Below are positions 10,275-16,492 of a stretch of 32,000 nucleotides of DNA, piece by piece. Source of the DNA: Opitutales bacterium (GTDB lineage Bacteria; Verrucomicrobiota; Verrucomicrobiia; Opitutales; PNEW01); the NCBI GenBank assembly GCA_965219535.1, contig CBDCNV010000002.1, positions 1,080,001 to 1,112,000 on the forward strand, read 5' to 3'. The stretch's first letter is position 1. Every line of letters starts with the position of its first letter. The notes below the pieces were generated by a model. It saw only the letters and a program-made list of their open reading frames with translations. It made no database searches and was not told where the DNA came from. The position numbers and the translations under genes are program-made.

Positions 10275-11117
10275 GTGCCAGGGTCAAATTCAGTTGGATC
10301 GTCGGATTACTGGGTTCATGATTTAGACCCTTTTATTCTACGCTTCAACGAGGATTTTGGTCTGCGCTGGTATGGGTTATCCTATGTTTTGGGATTTGCC
10401 GCCGCCTATTTTCTTTTAAGACTTTATTTCCGCTATAACCGTTCGCTTTGGAATGCTGAACAGGCGATCAACGCGATTTACGTTATTGCCCTGGGAGTAA
10501 TCGTGGGTGGAAGGGTCGGCTACGTCGTGCTCTACGACCTCGCGCATTTTTTTCGCAGCCCGTTGACCTTATTTAAAGTCTGGGAAGGGGGGATGGCCAG
10601 CCATGGGGGCTTTGTCGGCTTAGCGCTGGCCCTGCTATGGTATGCGCGCAAGACTGGGGTTCCTTTTCTGAAGGCGAGTGATATCGCCGTTACCCTTGGT
10701 CCTCCGGGGTTGTTTTTTGGACGGATAGCTAATTTTATCAACGGTGAATTGTGGGGCAAAATCACTGATGTGTCCTGGGCGGTAATCTTTCCCGCCAGCG
10801 CGAGACCCGGAACACCGATCGAATTCATCTCCCCACGCCATCCTTCGCAGCTCTACGAGGCGGCCCTGGAGGGGGTCGTCCTGCTTCTGTATACCCAGGT
10901 TCGATTCTGGACGGGAAAACGGCACCACACGCCTCCCGGTCAACTCTGCGGTGAATTTCTTTTTCTCTACGCCATCGTTCGTATACTCGGTGAACAGTTC
11001 CGCGAGCCCGATGCCGGGCTTATCCTCGGTCTCAGCCGGGGTGTGTTTTATTCTCTCTTCTTCGCGCTCGCGGGTATAGTATTTATTGTTGTCGCCCGCC
11101 GAAGAAAGAGAGAATAA
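10275..11117 (+). CDS. lgt: Prolipoprotein diacylglyceryl transferase
   Basis: 280 aa with GLRWYGLSYVLGF, GGRVGYV, GRIANFINGELWGK and HPSQLYEA motifs. Confidence 0.88.
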   Translation: MPGSNSVGSSDYWVHDLDPFILRFNEDFGLRWYGLSYVLGFAAAYFLLRLYFRYNRSLWNAEQAINAIYVIALGVIVGGRVGYVVLYDLAHFFRSPLTLFKVWEGGMASHGGFVGLALALLWYARKTGVPFLKASDIAVTLGPPGLFFGRIANFINGELWGKITDVSWAVIFPASARPGTPIEFISPRHPSQLYEAALEGVVLLLYTQVRFWTGKRHHTPPGQLCGEFLFLYAIVRILGEQFREPDAGLILGLSRGVFYSLFFALAGIVFIVVARRRKRE

Positions 11118-11150
11118 ATCCGAAATCCTTCGATTGCCAATTGAAGAATA

Positions 11151-11187
11151 GCCACAAAAGGCACAGAAAGCACAAGAAAGAGAGAGT
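11151..11187. repeat. Purine-rich degenerate short-period tract (gcaca-R-aaa, about 9-nt period)
   Basis: gccacaaaag gcacagaaa gcacaagaa agagagag; CAC recurs at 11153, 11162 and 11171. Similar CACAG-type tracts occur at 14496..14537 and 18551..18575. Confidence 0.4.
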
Positions 11188-11307
11188 TTAAAACGTAAGA
11201 ATTACACCTTTGTCATTGCGAGGAGCAACGCGACGCGGCTACCGAGCGAAGTGACATCTTCCATTCCAGGAAGACGGATGTGATCGGACCCCGTTTTTCG
11301 TACCAAT

Positions 11308-12273
11308 TTAAGTGAGAGAGTTACCGGGTGTTAATGGTTTTAGGATTGATGTATATGAGAGATCTTGGCGAAGTGAGGGCGTAGCCCGAACGCGGCCAAG
11401 ATCGGAAAGGAATCTGACAAACTCTTGTGGGCTTTTGAAGCCTAAACGACTGTGGGGATGTTCATGGTTATAGGTCTGACGCCATTGTTCGATTACCACT
11501 TGCGCTTCAGCCACGCTGAGTAACACTTCACGGTTCAAACACTCATCGCGTAAGCGGTTGTGAAACGACTCGATGAAACCGTTTTGCCAGGGACTGCCCG
11601 GATCGATATAGATCGCCTTTATGTTATTACCGGACAACCACTGCTGCACTTGATGAGCAATGAACTCACTGCCGTTGTCACTACGGATATAGCTGGGAGG
11701 TCCCTCCTCTTCAATGGCCTCGCTAAGCACAGAGAGGACATCGGTTGAGGTGAGTTGACGAGCGACCCGGATATCCAGGCATTTACGCGTATATGTCTTC
11801 GCTTCGCTTGAGTGTCGTCGCTTTCAGCTCCTCGGTACATCGATTAGAGTCATCATCTTTAATGGACCGCCGTTGTCTGTACGATCATGGACAAAGTCCC
11901 AGGACCAAACGTGATTGCGACCCTTTGCTTTAGTAGGTGACCCCGTAGAGACTCCTTGACGGTGTCTGCCCTTTTTCGGGGGCTTTACCTGCAGCCCTTC
12001 TGAACGTCGTACCGCCTGGACAAACTTCCTGCTTGTTGTCCAGCCTTCCTTTACCAGCAAGGCACGGATGCGCCGGTAACCGTAGCGGGGATGTTTCCAG
12101 GACAAGCTCACAATCCGCTCGACCAACCGCTGAGCTTTCTCACTGGCCTGTTTGGGCCGGTAACTGAACGTTGACCAACTCAGGCTGAGATAAGCACAAG
12201 CCCTCCGCAACGAGCACAACCCTTTCTCAGCCGCAGCTTTTACTACTCGTTTCTTCTGCTTTGGGCTCACCAT
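11308..12273 (-). CDS. IS3-family transposase OrfB frame (rve/DDE integrase core), interrupted by a single in-frame TGA at 11824..11826
   Basis: The track ORFs 11824..12273 and 11308..11730 are in the same frame, and no other stop lies between them. Motifs: HVWSWDFV, TLID (D), SDNGSEF (D), PGSPWQNGFIESFHNRLRDECLN (E), YNHEHPHSRLG. Confidence 0.85.
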
Positions 12274-12560
12274 TTTTTTGACAGCGTTTCCTCCATTACC
12301 TGATTCTTGAGCATTTGATCTGCGAGCAGCTTCTTCAGCTCGGTATGTCAGGCCTTCTCGCTTGCGCTCGTGAATTCTTTTTCCAGCTCTTTAAATCGCT
12401 TCGCATCGGCAAGTTCTAAATTGCCATATTTTTTACGCCAGCGATAGAAAGTCTGTTCGCTCAGGTTGTTTCCACGGCAGATTTCCTGTACCGTTTTACC
12501 GGTATCGGCTTGCCGCAATATTGTTATAATCTGTTCTGTTGTGTATCTTTTTCTTTTCAT
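12267..12560 (-). CDS. IS3-family transposase OrfA frame (HTH plus leucine zipper), interrupted by a single in-frame TGA at 12348..12350
   Basis: MKRKRYTTEQIITILRQADTGKTVQEICRGNNLSEQTFYRWRKKYG... continues in the same frame after the TGA as HTELKKLLADQMLKNQVMEETLSKKW, ending at the stop 12267..12269. Confidence 0.85.
12273..12279 (-). other. -1 programmed ribosomal frameshift slippery heptamer A_AAA_AAA joining orfA to orfB
   Basis: In the orfA frame the sequence reads tcA AAA AAA tgg tga. A -1 slip puts ATG GTG AGC (MVSPKQKK..., orfB) in frame. This is the classic IS3-family arrangement. Confidence 0.75.
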
Positions 12561-12561
12561 T

Positions 12562-12589
12562 GAGGTTATCTGTTTATCCCGATAACCTC
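12562..12589 (-). promoter_or_regulatory. Perfect 9-bp stem-loop abutting the orfA start codon (GAGGTTATC-10 nt-GATAACCTC)
   Basis: On the transposase strand the sequence is GAGGTTATCgggataaacaGATAACCTCaATG. The stem ends 1 nt before the ATG and could occlude translation initiation. An identical copy lies at 28380..28407. Confidence 0.4.
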
Positions 12590-12764
12590 TCTCTGTAAAT
12601 GATACGATTTTTGGGGGTCACTCCACCGCCGATAACACGGATTGATACGGATAACCGCGGTGGGGCGGAAGATCGAAAAGGTGGATACAGAATAAACTAA
12701 AAGGTAAATGCTATCACGCATTTTGTATCCTGCATCTTGGATCCAGGATCATGCATCCTGATCC

Positions 12765-14380
12765 TCAACTTCTGCGCCGAACGCGCCAGAAGATAAAGAG
12801 ACAACCCATTCCCATGAGGGCCCAAGTTGAGGGCTCGGGAACGATCGTAATCGAGAGTGCTCCAGCAGCTCCTGCGGGGTCGTAAGATGATAGAAATGAC
12901 AGACCCGCTGGCAATGCATGCCCTAACAATTCATCGACTAAAATGTTGTCGAAAGTACCTGTTCTTGTCAGCGACCAGGTAAGCACATCGAATGAATTAT
13001 TGAGAGTGGGTATGAACTCCTGATCAAAGATTAAAAGCAAGTCAGCACTATTAATGTTTAAATTCCCAAAGACATTTAATTGGCTGACATCGTCATCGAT
13101 GAAAGTGGTATGCATGTCACTGCCATTTTCAAAAACTACCGTATTAAAGACATCGAGAGGATTGATATGATCTGGCGCGATGGTACCATAGTTGTGTAAT
13201 GTTTCAGTGTCGGTTAATATTTTTCCTGCCCCTTTAATTAATCCGTAATTTTCCACATCAAATAATGCTTCTAATTCAGATTGATTACCGCCAGCGGTAA
13301 ACATTTCTATCATGCCGTTATCACCTACGGTCACATCGTTGTTAGCATAAAGTTTACCGTCATAATGAATCCTAATTTCATTGTCATCGGTTGGGCCGGA
13401 TGAACCTACCGCACCGACGAAGACATTTTGGGCGGACACAAATGCACCTGATCCACCACCGATAATTTCAACCGTGCCCTTGCCTAAGCCCGAACTACCC
13501 CCACTTCTATATTTCCGGTAACATATAAATTTGCATTATCAAACAGCTCGACAAAACCACTACTGCCAGAATTTTCACCTACAATTAAGTTTCCCCCAAT
13601 ATCGACATCAGCATTAGAGGCATCACCAGCAGAACCTATCAATCTTAATGTCCCACTTCCTTGATCACCCACTACCAAATTACTCATCACATCGAGGAGA
13701 GTATCACCTCCGCCTGTTGAATTAACTTTAATTTCACCTTGGCTGTTACTATGATCACCAATAATCACATCTAGCGTGCTATTGTTGATAGTCGTCGTCG
13801 CCCCCTTATTAATCTCCAGCAAACCATCGCCACTTGCGTTTAAACCCACCTTGAGGTCAGTTGCGTTGAATTCGGATAATGCGCCATCGACAAATACATT
13901 CCCAGGGCCATTCTTTCCAATTTCCGCATCGCCTGAAACATTCAAGATTCCATTATTCGTTATTGTCAGCGTACTTTGGCCGCCTGAACCAGCGCTGTTC
14001 GTGGTTAATAAATCGGGAGAATTTACCGTGCCATTATCGATAGTTAAATTAGTATTACCCGACCCACCTTGAGAAAGATCAAAATTTGTAGTGATATTAA
14101 GGATTTGACTATTAAGATCTAAAGTAACCGTATCATCCAGGACTTTAAGATTACGAATAGTGCGCGTGGTATTAAGGGTAACCTCATATCCTGGAGCGGA
14201 TGCACCGAGATCAAAATTTGCGGTATCGAATGAACCTGGAATCCCATTGGTCCATCTAGCGCCATCGCTAAAATCGCCATCAGTCGCATTATTCCAATTC
14301 GTAGTAATAGGCCCCGATGCCAAAGCTGTAGCCGAGTAAAAGCAAAGTAGCGAAAGCAGCAGCGATAATTTAAACTTCAT
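12765..14380 (-). pseudogene. PEP-CTERM secreted beta-helix repeat protein, paralog A, split by a frameshift at a G5/C5 run
   Basis: Track ORF 13484..14380 carries the signal peptide MKFKLSLLLSLLCFYSATALA and the NW..DGDFSDG..W motif. Track ORF 12765..13439 carries the PEP-CTERM tail VPEPSTWALMGMGCLFIFWRVRRRS. The downstream frame is open upstream through GSSGLGKGTVEIIGGGSGAF, and alignment to paralog C places the frame switch at the C5 run 13498..13502. Confidence 0.8.
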
Positions 14381-14495
14381 CGATAAAATCAGCGTTATGT
14401 AGTAATGAACGTTAATAACCTATAAATTTGTCGAGTAATGGCAAGATAAAACCGTGATTCTGTGGCTTCTTTTTACGGTAATTGGATTAAAGATT

Positions 14496-14537
14496 CACCG
14501 CAGAGACACAGATAGCGCAAAGACAGAAAAGAACAGG
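14496..14537. repeat. CACAG-type purine-rich degenerate short-period tract
   Basis: caccgcagagacacagatagcgcaaagacagaaaagaacagg; CAG recurs roughly every 8 nt. It directly abuts palindromic element A. Confidence 0.35.
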
Positions 14538-14546
14538 ATAGCTTTA

Positions 14547-14710
14547 AGGTGGAGCGGGTTGCCTGCCAGCCATAGCTCTGCGTAGCTGGGCGGCGGTTGG
14601 TCCCTAGCACGCTTCTTATCTTTAAAACTCTATTATATATTAAAACGCGCTAGGGAACAACCTTCGCTGTGTAGTGATAAGCTACGGCGGTCAGGCAGCG
14701 CGTTCCACCT
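14547..14710. repeat. Long imperfect palindromic intergenic repeat element, copy A (164 bp; MITE/REP-like or structured RNA)
   Basis: Termini AGGTGGAGCGGGTTGCCTGCC ... GGTCAGGCAGCGCGTTCCACCT are inverted repeats. Inner arms GGTTGGTCCCTAGCACGC / GCGCTAGGGAACAACC pair around an AT-rich loop. A second copy is at 16290..16445. Confidence 0.8.
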
Positions 14711-14726
14711 CTCTTCTGATATAACC

Positions 14727-16184
14727 TCAGCTTCTGCGCCTTACGCGCCAGAAGATGAAGAGGCAGCCCAGTCCCATCAGGGCCCAGGTCGAGGGCTCGG
14801 GGACGACGGTTAGCGTGAGATCTCCGGCTAATTCGTCGTAGTCAGGTTGGAAAAATTGACCGGGTGCTAATGAGAGGCCTCCCTCATCTACTGTGATGCT
14901 GTCGAAAGTTCCCGATAGTAATCCGGCCCAGGAAATGGCAAGAATATTGTCACCAAGCAAAGGTACGAAATCGTCGAGAAAGACATTCAGGATACCGCTT
15001 GAAAATGTAAGATTACCTGTCTCGCTATTTGTATCTATAATATCTAAAAAATAGGCGCCGGGCCCTTCGCCGGAATCGAAAACGGTGATATCTAAAATAC
15101 TATTAGTATTAAAGGTAACGCTTCCATCCACTCTTAAATTAAAGTTTGGACCGACGATAATTTTACCTGAATTGTTGATATCACTATTTATAAGACCTCC
15201 CCCTTCTACTCTTCCCAGGGTTCCTACTGTAATACTATCTGCGGTTAATACGCTATTATCTAGAACCTGCAAGAGCCCCTCGCCCAGGTTGCCCACGTAT
15301 ACATCGTTAATCGTTAACGTTGATCCAGGTCCCGATTGGTTGTCTACCCTTAGCTCAGAGGCAACACTGGTCGCCTGGTTGCCGATGATGACAGACGCAT
15401 CGATATCGGGCGTAGCGGAATTATGCACATGGAAAGTTCCCTTTCCGCCATCACCGACAATGATCTGACCCTCAGGTTCGCCCACCTGGGCTCCCATGTG
15501 AAGCAGGGAACCTACACCGTCAAGGGCAAACTTGCCGTCCGATCCTGGATTCACACCTAAATTTAAGGTACTTGCATTAATCACTTCGGCCAGGCCCCCA
15601 TCTCTAATTTGCACAAGGCCAAACTCATTAACACCGACGTTCAATATGTCGGTAGAAAAAATGGAACCGGTATTGTAGACATTAACATAACTCGGGCCGT
15701 CTATTCCTACATCCGCTGTATCTGTGATATTTAATATGCCCGTTGATCCGCCAAGATCTCCAATGTCGAGCTGGCTGAAAGTCGTATTGAAGTTTTTGGA
15801 GGTTTCTAAATTACTCGCGTTGACCGTTCCATTCTTGATCGCTAGGATGGCACTATCGCCGTTATTGTGCGCGAGCGTTAATTTATTAGTTAAAGTCAGT
15901 GTCTCGGACGGTACACCAGGCGATAAATCAAAAATGACGGTATCATTTTCGATTTCAATACTATGGGCTGTCGCGGGACTGGAGTCGAAAGTAACGGTAT
16001 GGGTTATACCAAGATTAAATTCTCCAATATTACTAGGACCGGGAACGCCTGAACTCCAATTGAGGCCTTCATTAAAATCGCTATCTTCTGCACCAGTCCA
16101 ATTACTATTGGCAATTGATGCCTGCGTAGAAATCCAGCATACGCAGAGAAGAACAGGTAGGGAAGTTAGTATTTTCAGCTTCAC
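14727..16184 (-). CDS. PEP-CTERM secreted beta-helix repeat protein, paralog B
   Basis: 485 aa, GTG start, signal peptide KLKILTSLPVLLCVCWISTQA. N-terminal NWTGAEDSDFNEGLNWSSGVPGP motif (autotransporter-associated beta-strand-repeat style) and G-x-G-T-F/L repeats. C-terminal VPEPSTWALMGLGCLFIFWRVRRRS gives PEP, a TM helix and a basic tail. Confidence 0.85.
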   Translation of the reverse strand: MKLKILTSLPVLLCVCWISTQASIANSNWTGAEDSDFNEGLNWSSGVPGPSNIGEFNLGITHTVTFDSSPATAHSIEIENDTVIFDLSPGVPSETLTLTNKLTLAHNNGDSAILAIKNGTVNASNLETSKNFNTTFSQLDIGDLGGSTGILNITDTADVGIDGPSYVNVYNTGSIFSTDILNVGVNEFGLVQIRDGGLAEVINASTLNLGVNPGSDGKFALDGVGSLLHMGAQVGEPEGQIIVGDGGKGTFHVHNSATPDIDASVIIGNQATSVASELRVDNQSGPGSTLTINDVYVGNLGEGLLQVLDNSVLTADSITVGTLGRVEGGGLINSDINNSGKIIVGPNFNLRVDGSVTFNTNSILDITVFDSGEGPGAYFLDIIDTNSETGNLTFSSGILNVFLDDFVPLLGDNILAISWAGLLSGTFDSITVDEGGLSLAPGQFFQPDYDELAGDLTLTVVPEPSTWALMGLGCLFIFWRVRRRS

Positions 16185-16289
16185 GGCGATAATAACAAGT
16201 AAGTGTAGATTACTTAATCACTCTATAATAAGCAGCGATTGAAGACAAGCTTAAATAGTGGTTAGTAACCGCAGAACCTCGGAGGGAAA

Positions 16290-16445
16290 AGGTGGAGCGG
16301 GCGGGCTGCCCGCCATAGCTCTGCGTAGCTGAGCGACGGTTGGTCCCTAGCACGCTTAGAAAAGTATTAGAAAAAAGAAACGCGCTAGGGAACAACCTTC
16401 GCTATGTAGTGATAAGCTACGGCGGTCAGGCAGCGCGTTCCACCT
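16290..16445. repeat. Long imperfect palindromic intergenic repeat element, copy B (156 bp)
   Basis: It shares both arms with copy A. The right arm aaaacgcgctagggaacaaccttcgct(a/g)tgtagtgataagctacggcggtcaggcagcgcgttccacct differs at 1 nt; the left arm has several substitutions; the loops are unrelated. Confidence 0.8.
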
Positions 16446-16492
16446 ATCTCTAAATCTTATTTTTGTGCCTCTTGTGGCTATCTTGAATTTCC

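Larger units (their letters stand above)
11279..12625 (-). mobile_element. IS3-family insertion sequence, copy 1 (1,347 bp)
   Basis: Boundaries were set by alignment to copy 2 (offset 15,818 bp; 1 mismatch, T at 11521 vs C at 27339). Termini are TG...CA with imperfect terminal inverted repeats (TGTGATCGGACCCCG... / ...GGGGGTCACTCCA). It has the orfA (HTH) / A7 slippery site / orfB (DDE) layout. Confidence 0.9.

Noticed and set aside
11560-11840. Extra ORFs inside the IS (11560..11748 plus strand, 11619..11840 minus strand, and their copy-2 equivalents).
   Set aside because: They are alternate frames of the transposase orfB region. The orfB frame carries the DDE motifs continuously, apart from one TGA.
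11824-12350. In-frame TGAs in the IS as evidence for an alternative genetic code (UGA as Trp or Gly) or for selenocysteine.
   Set aside because: TGA terminates several well-supported genes in this window (yajC, the BNR protein, PEP-CTERM paralog B, DUF3179). Conserved Trp residues in the transposase are encoded by TGG. I saw no SECIS-like hairpin immediately downstream of either TGA.
12701-12764. The hairpin CAGGAT-gcatg-ATCCTG downstream of PEP-CTERM paralog A as a rho-independent terminator.
   Set aside because: The stem is short (6 bp), only moderately GC-rich and not followed by a U-tract. It may still matter, but I cannot support a terminator call.
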